This document shows positions 27,364 to 36,293 of a stretch of DNA of 64,000 nt, piece after piece. The number at the start of each line of letters is the position of its first letter. Position 1 is the first letter of the stretch. Location of the stretch: NCBI GenBank assembly GCA_019749945.1, contig JAIEPF010000016.1, positions 93,269-157,268 on the forward strand, given 5' to 3'. The notes below the pieces were generated by a model that saw only the letters and a list, made by a program, of their open reading frames with translations, was not told the origin of the DNA and ran no database searches. The translations under genes were made by a program, and so were the position numbers. The stretch comes from Burkholderiales bacterium. GTDB lineage: Bacteria; Pseudomonadota; Gammaproteobacteria; Burkholderiales; SG8-41.

Positions 27364-27996
27364 TTACTGGTTGATCGGCGATTGCGGGTCGAGCAGGTAG
27401 GCCACCATGTGCGCGATCTGCTCCGGCGTCAGGTGTCCGGTCGCGCCGAGGCGCGGCATGTTGGAGCACGGAAAATACATCCAGGCGTTGTAGATTTTTT
27501 CGTAGGTGTATTTGACGATGGCCTCGGAGTTGCCGCGTTGTTTGCCGTAACCGGTCAGGCTGGGGCCGACGTTGCCGACGTTGATTTCACCCGGGGCGAG
27601 GGCGTGGCAGTTCTGGCACAACGCGCCGTTTTCCTTGTTGGGCTCGGTCTTGCCGTTGCGGATGCGGTCGCCGGAACCGTCATGGGCCAGCCGGTCGCCG
27701 GCTTTCCAGTCGCCGCTGAGCCGGCCTGAAGCCGGATACCGGATCGAGGCGCGTGCCAGCTTGACCACTTCGGCGGCTTCTTCCGCACTCAGTTTCGCGT
27801 CGCCGATCTTGCTGCAGATCTGCTGCGACCGGTCCTGCTCCAGGCGTTTCATGTGCGCCGGCGAGGCGGTGAACGCCTCGAACACCATTTTTTCGGCCAT
27901 CTGCCGGGTTGTCTCCTGATCCGGGTAGGTGGCGCAGCCGGCAACCACCAGTCCGGTGGCGGCGGACAGCGTCCATTTGATCCAGCTTGTTTTCAT
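27364..27996 (-). CDS. soxX: SoxX c-type cytochrome (lipoprotein)
   Basis: Lipobox VVAGC, CQNCH heme motif, GNVGPSL, CSNMPRLG, YLLDPQSPIN. Confidence 0.9.
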   Translation of the reverse strand: MKTSWIKWTLSAATGLVVAGCATYPDQETTRQMAEKMVFEAFTASPAHMKRLEQDRSQQICSKIGDAKLSAEEAAEVVKLARASIRYPASGRLSGDWKAGDRLAHDGSGDRIRNGKTEPNKENGALCQNCHALAPGEINVGNVGPSLTGYGKQRGNSEAIVKYTYEKIYNAWMYFPCSNMPRLGATGHLTPEQIAHMVAYLLDPQSPINQ

Positions 27997-28005
27997 CGCA
28001 TCCTC

Positions 28006-28821
28006 CTACCGTTTGAACCCGGGCACCTGCATCACTGCATCATTGCCCTGGCGGTTGAGATAGGTGGTCAGTGCGATCGAATAATCCGTCGCATACTTGA
28101 GGTCGGGCAGTCGCATTTGCCACACGCAGTCGTTGAGGCGCCATTGCATGGTGCGCACGACATAGTGCGAGCCGCGATACGCGGGCCAGGTCGAAGCCAC
28201 CTCCTGCGCGCCCGCCTTGCTGGTCATGTGCACCAGATCCTGCAGACGGATGCGCTTGTCGGGTTCGCCGTGACACTGCACGCAGCCGAAATCGGTCTGG
28301 CCGCTGCGGCGATAGAACAGGTATTCGCCGGCCTTGTACATGTCGTACTCTTTCTGGTGGTTCAGCGTGACATTGACTTTCATGCCGTTGGAGCGCGAGG
28401 TCACGTACAGCGCCAGCGCCTCGATGTCCGAACCCCTGCTCGCCGGTGCGCTGATGGCTTCCCTGATCAGCTGGCCGCGGTCAAATCCCTGCAGCCGCGT
28501 CATGCAGGTCAACAGCCGTGATTCCAGGTCCTCGACGCGGTCGGTATCCGCAAAATAGCGCGGCAGACGCACGGCTGCGCCTTCGAGTTTGCCCGGGCCC
28601 ATGCCGAAATCGCACTGCTCCAGCGAGGCGTTCCTGGGGCCGCGCTTCTGGTAAAACAAATCCCTGCCCTGGTCGATCCACAGTTCGCCGGGATTGTCTT
28701 CCATCAGCATCCTGCGGCCTACGGCAAGGTCGCCGCCTTGGGCCTGTGCAATGGCCGCGGGCACTGCGGCGAGACAGAGTGCCGCGCCCAATAACAGGCT
28801 GATGCCTCGGATTGTTTTCAC
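28006..28821 (-). CDS. soxA: SoxA monoheme c-type cytochrome
   Basis: Signal peptide, DNPGELW, LPRYFADT, CVQCH, WPAYR, RLNDCVWQMR active-site Cys, PGFKR end. Confidence 0.92.
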   Translation of the reverse strand: MKTIRGISLLLGAALCLAAVPAAIAQAQGGDLAVGRRMLMEDNPGELWIDQGRDLFYQKRGPRNASLEQCDFGMGPGKLEGAAVRLPRYFADTDRVEDLESRLLTCMTRLQGFDRGQLIREAISAPASRGSDIEALALYVTSRSNGMKVNVTLNHQKEYDMYKAGEYLFYRRSGQTDFGCVQCHGEPDKRIRLQDLVHMTSKAGAQEVASTWPAYRGSHYVVRTMQWRLNDCVWQMRLPDLKYATDYSIALTTYLNRQGNDAVMQVPGFKR

Positions 28822-28867
28822 GATCCCCCCCCTTGTCTTTTATTGTCATGCGGACGCACAGTCGTGG

Positions 28868-29185
28868 TCATGTGCCCGCAGAAACCGTGACTTCATCGCT
28901 GCGTTTGTCGCCCTTGTTGTCGGTCCAGGTGACGCTGATCTTGTCGCCGATTTTGGCGCCTTTGATGCGCAGGCCGAGAAACGGATCCCGTGAAATGGCC
29001 TGACTCCATTGCGCATCAATCACGGTTTTGCCGTTGTGTTCGACGATCACGCTCTGGATGAAATGCAGGGGCACGACGCCGGTCGCGGTTTTGCGGGTGC
29101 CGGTCTCCATCGGATGGCGCATCAGGATGCGCACATCCGCGGTGTCGCCCTGCAGCGTGGCGCGGATTTTCATCGGTTCAGCCAT
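28868..29185 (-). CDS. soxZ: SoxZ
   Basis: MAEPMKIRA...HPMETG...HFIQ...W.DNKGD. Confidence 0.93.
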   Translation of the reverse strand: MAEPMKIRATLQGDTADVRILMRHPMETGTRKTATGVVPLHFIQSVIVEHNGKTVIDAQWSQAISRDPFLGLRIKGAKIGDKISVTWTDNKGDKRSDEVTVSAGT

Positions 29186-29229
29186 TGGGTTTTCCTCGTT
29201 TCGCCGGTGTGGTCGCAGGTATTAAATGA

Positions 29230-29685
29230 TCAGCCGCAGCCGCCGACGGTGATTTTGACTTCCTTGATCGCCGTGTAGAACCTGCCATCGGCTTTGACAA
29301 TGGCGCGCACGTTCGAGGTCTGGCCCATCTTCAGCCGCGTCGAGACATAGGCTTCGCCGCCCGCGCTGATGTCGAAACTCGCGGCCAGCGGAAACGGATT
29401 TTTTTCGGCGATGATGGCGATGCTCTGGGTATTGGGGATTTTGCTGGTGATGGCGATCGGCACGATGGCGCCGTTTTCGGCGATATCCGGCGCGGTGATG
29501 ATAATGTCCTTGCTGTCGATCAGGCTGCCTGCACCCAGGCTGCTCTGTGCATCAGCCGCGGTTTTGGCATCGAATCCGGCTTTGTTCCAGGGCGCCGCCC
29601 ACGCCGCCCCCGCCTTGAGCAGGCCCGCGGCGGCGGCACAGGCCGCGGCCGAGAGTTTCAGGAAATCACGACGTAAATTCTTCAT
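29230..29685 (-). CDS. soxY: SoxY sulfur carrier
   Basis: Tat signal LRRDFLK, APDIAENGA, EKNPFP, C-terminal VKITVGGCG. Confidence 0.95.
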   Translation of the reverse strand: MKNLRRDFLKLSAAACAAAAGLLKAGAAWAAPWNKAGFDAKTAADAQSSLGAGSLIDSKDIIITAPDIAENGAIVPIAITSKIPNTQSIAIIAEKNPFPLAASFDISAGGEAYVSTRLKMGQTSNVRAIVKADGRFYTAIKEVKITVGGCG

Positions 29686-29875
29686 TGACTGGCTTCTCCT
29701 GTTGATATGGCGTGGCGGTTTCAGGGCTGATGGCCAGCCACCGCAGTGTTGCCTGCCGGAAACCGGATGCGGTATCGCCGGTTTTTTTAATCCTAGCCAA
29801 CAGCACAGGGATTGTCCACCGCGAAACCCTGATATGCCCTGCGGGAATATCCTCAGCGCCCGAAAGTCTGAAGAG

Positions 29876-30382
29876 TCAGGCGGTGCGCCGGGGGGCTTTC
29901 CATACCCCTGATTTTCCGCCGCGCTTTTCCTCGAGATGCAGCATTTCGATGCGCATGCCGCGGTCCACCGCCTTGCACATGTCGTAGATGGTCAGCAGGG
30001 CGATGCTGGCGGCGGTCAGGGCCTCCATTTCCACGCCGGTGCGGCCCACGGTTTCCGCCGTGGCCGCACAAGTGACGGCATTGCGCCGACGTTCGATTTT
30101 GAAATCGATTTCCACCCGCGTCAGTGCCAGCGGATGGCACAGCGGGATCAGCGTCGAGGTGTGTTTGGCGGCTTGAATGCCGGCAATCCGCGCAATGCCC
30201 AGCACATCGCCCTTTTTTGCGCTGCCGGCAATGATCTGTCGCAGCGTCGCCGCTTGCATCACGATGCACCCCGAGGCCCTGGCGATGCGATGGGTTTGCG
30301 CCTTGTTCGCGACATCGACCATCCACGCCTGACCATGCGCGTCAAAATGTGTCAAGGCAGCTGCAACAGATTGTTTTTTCAT
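29876..30382 (-). CDS. moaC: Cyclic pyranopterin monophosphate synthase MoaC
   Basis: LTHFD...[34 protein letters not shown]. Confidence 0.96.
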   Translation of the reverse strand: MKKQSVAAALTHFDAHGQAWMVDVANKAQTHRIARASGCIVMQAATLRQIIAGSAKKGDVLGIARIAGIQAAKHTSTLIPLCHPLALTRVEIDFKIERRRNAVTCAATAETVGRTGVEMEALTAASIALLTIYDMCKAVDRGMRIEMLHLEEKRGGKSGVWKAPRRTA

Positions 30383-30418
30383 TATGGAACTCCGACTTCC
30401 CGGAATTATCATAGCACC

Positions 30419-31849
30419 ATGCTGCAACGCCTATTCCCCCCGCTCCTGCTGCTGATCCTGCTGTGCATGCCGCGCGTGCTGGCGCAGGGATTGCCCGAGC
30501 TCGGCGATGCCTCCGCGGCAGCGATCACGCCGGCGGACGAGCGTCGTCTCGGCGAAAGCATCATGCTCGAAATCCGCCGCGATCCCGCGTACCTGGATGA
30601 TGCGGAGGTGGCGGACTACGCCAACAGCCTGGGCGCCCGGCTCACCGCGCGCAGCGACGCGGTGCGGCAGGAGTTTGAGTTTTTTGTGATACGCGATCCG
30701 CAGATCAACGCCTTTGCCCTGCCCGGCGGGTTCATCGGCATCAACACCGGGTTGCTGCTGGCTGCGCAGAGCGAGTCCGAGGTCGCCGGTGTTCTTGGCC
30801 ACGAGGTCGCGCATGTCACGCAACGCCATATTGCGCGGATGATTGGCCAGCAGAGTCAGAACCAGCTGCTGTCCATCGCCGCACTGGCGGTCGCCATACT
30901 TGCCGCGCGTTCCAACTCACAGATCGGCGAGGCCGCGGTGGCGTTCGGGCAGGCCGGCATCATGCAAAGCCAGCTGAACTTCTCCCGTGACAATGAACGC
31001 GAAGCAGACCGGATCGGATTGCAATTGCTGGATAGCGCAGGCCTGGATCCCCGGGGAATGGCGTTTTTTTTTGAGCGACTGCAGCGCGCCACGCGGATTT
31101 ACGAAGGCGGCGCGCCGTCCTATCTGCGCACCCACCCGTTGACCTTCGAGCGGATTGCCGACATCCAGAATCGCATCGAAAACCTGCCCTACCGGCAAGT
31201 GCCTGACAGCCTTGATTTCCAATTGATCCGTGCGAAGTTGCGCGCCGAAACCGGAACACCCCGGGATGCGGTGGCATTTTTCGAGGCGAGTTTCAACGAG
31301 CGAAAATTCCTGTCGGAAACGGCCAGCCGTTACGGGCTGGTTGCCAGCCTGATCCGTGCCCGCGATTTCGCCCGTGCCCGGACGGAAATTGTGCCGCTGC
31401 GCAAGACGGCCAACCCGATCATCGAAACACTGGCCTGCCAGCTGGTAGACGCAGCAGGAGACGCTGCGAATGCGCTGAAATGTTATCAGGACGCCCGGCG
31501 CACCTATCCCGGCTATCGCGCGTTGTTTTATGGCCATGCCGAACAACTGTTGCGGGCGCGGCAACCGGCCACCGTGCTGCAGATGATCGACAGCCGCATG
31601 CAGACGCAGCCGTCCGATGCCCGGCTCTACCGGTTGCAGGCACAGGCTTACGCGGCGCAGGGCAACAGTCTGCAGCAGCATCGTGCCCAGGGGGAGGCTT
31701 ACTTCAGAAGCGGACAACTGAGCCTGGCCGTTGAACAGATGCAGATTGCACTGAAGGCCGGCGGCGGGGATTTTTACCAACTCTCCGCGATTGAGGCGCG
31801 TCTGCGCGAGTTCCGCCGCTTGCTGCTTGAGCAGGAGCGCAAGCGCTGA
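30419..31849 (+). CDS. bepA: M48 metalloprotease with TPRs (BepA/YfgC-like)
   Basis: Signal peptide, [28 protein letters not shown]. Confidence 0.88.
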   Translation: MLQRLFPPLLLLILLCMPRVLAQGLPELGDASAAAITPADERRLGESIMLEIRRDPAYLDDAEVADYANSLGARLTARSDAVRQEFEFFVIRDPQINAFALPGGFIGINTGLLLAAQSESEVAGVLGHEVAHVTQRHIARMIGQQSQNQLLSIAALAVAILAARSNSQIGEAAVAFGQAGIMQSQLNFSRDNEREADRIGLQLLDSAGLDPRGMAFFFERLQRATRIYEGGAPSYLRTHPLTFERIADIQNRIENLPYRQVPDSLDFQLIRAKLRAETGTPRDAVAFFEASFNERKFLSETASRYGLVASLIRARDFARARTEIVPLRKTANPIIETLACQLVDAAGDAANALKCYQDARRTYPGYRALFYGHAEQLLRARQPATVLQMIDSRMQTQPSDARLYRLQAQAYAAQGNSLQQHRAQGEAYFRSGQLSLAVEQMQIALKAGGGDFYQLSAIEARLREFRRLLLEQERKR

Positions 31850-31915
31850 AGCGTCAACCGCCCGGCTGATTTTGTGTGCGCAGCGACTTTGCCGAATTAG
31901 TGATACTTTTGCCTG

Positions 31916-33259
31916 ATGAGCAACGATACCGTCACGGATACTGTTCCGCAGCCCGCCGAAACACGGCGGGTCGGCAAGTACGAAATCATCAAGGAACTGG
32001 GGCGCGGCGCAACCAGTGTCGTGTACAAGGCCTATGACCCGTTCCAGGACCGGGAGGTCGCGGTCAAGGTCGTGTTTCCCGAGGCACTGGGCGACCAGGA
32101 ATACGGACAGCGCTACCGCAAACTTTTCGTGACCGAAGCTTCCCTCGCCGGCAAATTGTCCCATCCGCACATCGTGGCCATTTACGATGCGGTGGCCGAA
32201 GAGGAGGCCAGTTATATTGTGATGGAATACGTGGATGGCACGACGCTTGAGCCGTATGCGCGGGTGGACCATCTGTTGCCGCTGTCCCGGGTGCTGGAAA
32301 TCATCTACAAATGTGCGCGGGCGCTGGACTATGCTGCGCGCGAAGGTGTCATTCACCGCGATATCAAGCCGGCGAACATCCTGCTGGCCGGAGAAACCGA
32401 TATCAAGGTTTCGGACTTCGGCGCTGCGCTGAATGCGGCCAGCGACTCGACCCAGATCACCGGCATCGGTTCCCCGGCCTATATGTCCCCCGAGCAGGTC
32501 AGGGAGCAGCAGCTGACCTACCAGACGGATATTTTTTCACTGGGCGTGGTGTTTTACCAGCTGCTGACCGGGCGCCTGCCGTTTCTGGGCAACAACAACT
32601 ACAGCATTATTTACCAGATCATCAATGTGGAACCTGCGCCGCCCAGCCGCTTTCGCAACGAAGTGACGCCGCAGATTGATGCCATTGTGTTGCGGATGCT
32701 GAAAAAAAACACGGCGGATCGTTATCAGACCTGGGGAGATCTGGCGGGAGACCTGGTTGATGTGCTGGGAGGCTCCCGCGCGAAGGCCCGGGATGGCATG
32801 CCTGAGGCCGAAAAATTCGACACCCTGCGCAAGCTTGAATTTTTCCGCAACTTCACCGATGTTGAACTGTGGGAAGTGCTGCGGCTGGCGAAATGGCACC
32901 GGCTGCCGCTGGATTCAGTGTTGATCCAGGAAGGCGATATCGGCTCATCTTTTTTCATTCTTGCCGGTGGCGAGGTTCAGGTGCGCAAGCAGGGCCGGTT
33001 GCTGACCGTGCTGAAAAGCGGCGAGTGTTTCGGGGAAATGGCCTATCTCGGCAAGCAGAAATTCCAGCGTTCTGCGAGCGTTGTTGCCACTACCGAGATC
33101 GTGGTTATAGAGATTCGTGCCGAGACCCTGCCACAGTCTTCCGAGCTCTGCCGTCATCATTTCAACGGCGCATTTCTGGAACTCCTGGTGGACCGCCTGG
33201 GCATGGCTAATCTGCGATTGTCGCAATTGCTCGCAGAAAAAAATATCAGCGTTTTTTGA
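31916..33259 (+). CDS. Cytoplasmic Ser/Thr kinase with C-terminal cNMP-binding domain
   Basis: LGRGATSVVY, HRDIKPAN, DFG, GSPAYMSPEQ; C-terminal LIQEGD...GECFGEMAYL...RSASV phosphate-binding cassette. Confidence 0.92.
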   Translation: MSNDTVTDTVPQPAETRRVGKYEIIKELGRGATSVVYKAYDPFQDREVAVKVVFPEALGDQEYGQRYRKLFVTEASLAGKLSHPHIVAIYDAVAEEEASYIVMEYVDGTTLEPYARVDHLLPLSRVLEIIYKCARALDYAAREGVIHRDIKPANILLAGETDIKVSDFGAALNAASDSTQITGIGSPAYMSPEQVREQQLTYQTDIFSLGVVFYQLLTGRLPFLGNNNYSIIYQIINVEPAPPSRFRNEVTPQIDAIVLRMLKKNTADRYQTWGDLAGDLVDVLGGSRAKARDGMPEAEKFDTLRKLEFFRNFTDVELWEVLRLAKWHRLPLDSVLIQEGDIGSSFFILAGGEVQVRKQGRLLTVLKSGECFGEMAYLGKQKFQRSASVVATTEIVVIEIRAETLPQSSELCRHHFNGAFLELLVDRLGMANLRLSQLLAEKNISVF

Positions 33260-33441
33260 TGTGTCGGGAGCCGGGGGGCTTCACGATTCAGGTCCAGCGC
33301 ATGGTGGCCCTGCGGCGAGCGTGACCTGCCGGCAAACAGATTCCCGATTCCGGGGCCATCTGCAGCAAGCCTATAATGCGAAGGTGCAAATCCACGGCAT
33401 ACCGATTTTATTGTGGTGATCATTTGGAGGATGAAGCCGAA

Positions 33442-33669
33442 ATGCAATTTGACAAGGAACTTGATGCGCGCGGACTGAATTGCCCGCTGCCGATACTGCG
33501 CACGAAAAAAGCACTGACCGACATGACCGCAGGCCAGGTGCTGAAGATCATGGCCACCGATGCCGGTTCGGTGAAGGACTTCCAGGCCTTCGCGCGACAG
33601 ACGGGCAATGACCTGCTGTCCTCGGAGACCGTGGAAAAGGAATTCATTTTTTTCATGAAAAAGAAATAA
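33442..33669 (+). CDS. TusA/SirA-family sulfur carrier
   Basis: LDARGLNCPLP motif, 75 aa, GGAGG upstream. Confidence 0.92.
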   Translation: MQFDKELDARGLNCPLPILRTKKALTDMTAGQVLKIMATDAGSVKDFQAFARQTGNDLLSSETVEKEFIFFMKKK

Positions 33670-33672
33670 GGT

Positions 33673-34371
33673 ATGCCGCGTCGTTCGACGGCAACGGTTT
33701 TCCGCCCGGGTCGCCGCAGCTGGCTGCGCGGCGCAACGGCGGCGGCGATGGCTGCCGGGATGTTGCAGTTACGCAGCGCACTGGCCGCGGGCAGCCTGCC
33801 GCCGGGTGTGGCGCAGATCAAGGGTGATGTACGTATCAACGGCAAGCCCGCGGAGCGCGGACAACGGGTCGTGCAGGGGGACGTGATTGTCACCGGCAGC
33901 AACGGTGAACTGGTGTTTGTCACCGAGCGCGACGCCTTTCTGGTGCGCGCCAACAGCCGCATCGAATTCGGATCCGCCGCCGCCCGTGGTGCAGCGACGG
34001 TGCTGCGGGTGCTGACCGGCGCACTGCTGTCGGTTTTCGAATCCGGCGCGCGCCGTGAAATCCACACCACCACCGCGACCATCGGCATTCGCGGCACCGG
34101 CATTTACATCGAAATCGAAGCGCAGCGGACTTATGCCTGCACCTGTTACGGCGAGGCGGTGCTGACTCCGGTTGATGATCCGGCGGCGGCGGAAACCGTG
34201 CGCACCAAGCGCCACGACCAGCCGCGTTATATTTACGGCAAAGGCATGCCGCAGATGATGGAGGCGGCGCCGGTGGTTAATCACACCGATGCCGAACTGC
34301 AGATGCTGGAGGCTCTGGTCGGCAGGAAAGTGCCTTTCGAGCCCGGCACTTACCAGGGTCGGGAGAAATAA
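33673..34371 (+). CDS. Tat-exported FecR-domain protein
   Basis: GRRSWL twin-arginine signal; GDVIVTG and TATIGIRGTG FecR-like motifs. Confidence 0.75.
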   Translation: MPRRSTATVFRPGRRSWLRGATAAAMAAGMLQLRSALAAGSLPPGVAQIKGDVRINGKPAERGQRVVQGDVIVTGSNGELVFVTERDAFLVRANSRIEFGSAAARGAATVLRVLTGALLSVFESGARREIHTTTATIGIRGTGIYIEIEAQRTYACTCYGEAVLTPVDDPAAAETVRTKRHDQPRYIYGKGMPQMMEAAPVVNHTDAELQMLEALVGRKVPFEPGTYQGREK

Positions 34372-34373
34372 AT

Positions 34374-34967
34374 TCAGGCCCGATCCGGTGAACTGAAGAC
34401 CACCGCAACAACGCGCCGCAGGCCGCGCCACAGTTTCGGCAGCAGCCATATTGCGGCCACCACAAACAGCACCAGCAAGCCGAGAAACAGCAGCGGATAC
34501 TGCAGCGCCATCCACAACGCGCCCAGTGATACCGCGTCTTCGGTAAACGAGGCGGTCCAGTTGCTGAACGGTTCCGGTGAGGTATTGATCAGCGCGCGAC
34601 TGCCTGCCTTGGTGAAATGCGCACCTGCAGCGACCGTGCCGCCGAGCAGTCCCGCGGCCAGCGCCAGTCCGGGGTCGCCGCCGGCAACCGCGCCGGCAGC
34701 GAGCAAAGCGCCACCGGGTATACGAATGAAGGTGTGGACGGCATCCCACAAGGTGTCCACCCCGGGAATTTTGTCGGCGAAAAATTCGGTCAGAAACAGC
34801 AGTCCCGAAATCGCCAGCACCCAGGGGTGCGCCAGCATGTCGAGTTGTCCGGGCAGCGTGTAGATGCCGCTGCGATGCATCGACCCGAGAAAAAACAGCA
34901 CGGCATAAAAACGCAGGCCGCTGGTCCAGCCCAGTCCGGTAATCAAAGCCAGTGTCAGTGCGTCCAT
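34374..34967 (-). CDS. DUF4126-like membrane protein
   Basis: SGLRFYA, EFFADKIPGVDTLWD, RIPGGA, NTSPEPFSN...ED. Confidence 0.85.
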   Translation of the reverse strand: MDALTLALITGLGWTSGLRFYAVLFFLGSMHRSGIYTLPGQLDMLAHPWVLAISGLLFLTEFFADKIPGVDTLWDAVHTFIRIPGGALLAAGAVAGGDPGLALAAGLLGGTVAAGAHFTKAGSRALINTSPEPFSNWTASFTEDAVSLGALWMALQYPLLFLGLLVLFVVAAIWLLPKLWRGLRRVVAVVFSSPDRA

Positions 34968-35014
34968 CCGGGCAGTCTAGCTTGCGCCCGGAAAGTGTTC
35001 ATAAGTATTTGTTT

Positions 35015-36265
35015 TTATTGAATTATTTTAAGGCGCTGGTAAATCGGCCGGAGGTGGGCACGCAAGGCCGGCATGCGCCGCCACAGCAGCAGCGCGGCGA
35101 TGGTGCAAAAGCCGCCGCCGATGGCCAGCGTTTTCGGTGCGCCGATGACTTCGGCGAGGGCGCCGCCGGCGAGGCTGCCCAGTGGATACATGCCGAGAAA
35201 AGCCATCGAAAAAATGCCCATGACGCGTCCGCGCATGCGGTCGTCAACGATGGTCTGCAGCATCGTGCTGACCGACATGCCGTTGACGACGATGCCGAAG
35301 CCGGTAAACGCCAGTGCGACCAGTGAAAGCGGCAGCCACGACGACAGTGCGAACACCAGCATGCCGAGTCCGGAAGCCAGAGAAGCTGCGGTGATCCAGC
35401 GCGTCAACCCGCGCACGTCGCGGCGCGAGGCCAGCGCCAGCATGCCGATGACACCACCGCAGCCCGCGGCGCCGATCAGGAAGCCGAGCATGCCGGCGCC
35501 GCCGCTGTAGACCTCGACGGCAAAGATCGGCATCAGTGTCTGATAGGGCGTGACCATGAAACTGATGGTCGCCACCATCGGCAGCAGCCAGCGCGCCGGG
35601 ATCAGCTCCCAGGCATAACGCGCACCCTCGGTGAGTTGCTGCCAGGGGGAAGCCGTGATGGTTTTGCGCTGGTAGGGCGCAATGGTCATCGCCAGTACCA
35701 TGGCGACGATGACCACCTTGCTCAGCGTGTTCACCACAAAGCAGAAGGCTTCGGTGGATACCGTAAGCAGCAGACCGGCCACAGTGGGGCCGATCATGCG
35801 GCCGGCGTTCTGCATCAGCGCATTCATCGCGATCGCGCTGGGCAGGTCCTCCTTCGCCGTCACCATTTCGGTGGTGAAGGTGAGGCGGATCGGTGTGTCG
35901 ATGGCGTTGATGATGCCGAGCAGCAGTGCCATGACGATGATGTGCCAGACCTCGATCAGGCCGGCGTAGGCGAGTATCGCCAGCAGCAGCGGCGGTACCG
36001 CGGACAGGATCTGCGTGAGCAGCAGCAGTTTGTAGCGGTCGAAGCGGTCGGCCCACAGTCCGCCGAAGGGCGCGAAGACGAGAATGGCGATCTGCCCGGC
36101 GAAACCGGTGACGCCGAGCAGCCACGCCGATTCGGTCATCCGGTAAACCAGCCAGGCCATGGCAATCTGCTGGATCCAGTTGCCGATGATCGACAGCGAC
36201 TGGCCGACAAAAAACAGCCGGTAATTGCGGTAACCCAGCGCGCGCAGCGAGTGGCGGAAATCCAT
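35015..36265 (-). CDS. MFS transporter (MFS_3/DHA3-like)
   Basis: RNYRLFFVGQSLS..GNWIQ, GLWADRFDR, MRGRVMG; about 12 TMs. Confidence 0.92.
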   Translation of the reverse strand: MDFRHSLRALGYRNYRLFFVGQSLSIIGNWIQQIAMAWLVYRMTESAWLLGVTGFAGQIAILVFAPFGGLWADRFDRYKLLLLTQILSAVPPLLLAILAYAGLIEVWHIIVMALLLGIINAIDTPIRLTFTTEMVTAKEDLPSAIAMNALMQNAGRMIGPTVAGLLLTVSTEAFCFVVNTLSKVVIVAMVLAMTIAPYQRKTITASPWQQLTEGARYAWELIPARWLLPMVATISFMVTPYQTLMPIFAVEVYSGGAGMLGFLIGAAGCGGVIGMLALASRRDVRGLTRWITAASLASGLGMLVFALSSWLPLSLVALAFTGFGIVVNGMSVSTMLQTIVDDRMRGRVMGIFSMAFLGMYPLGSLAGGALAEVIGAPKTLAIGGGFCTIAALLLWRRMPALRAHLRPIYQRLKIIQ

Positions 36266-36293
36266 CGTGCAGCGCTGTGTTGCTGACGCGCGC

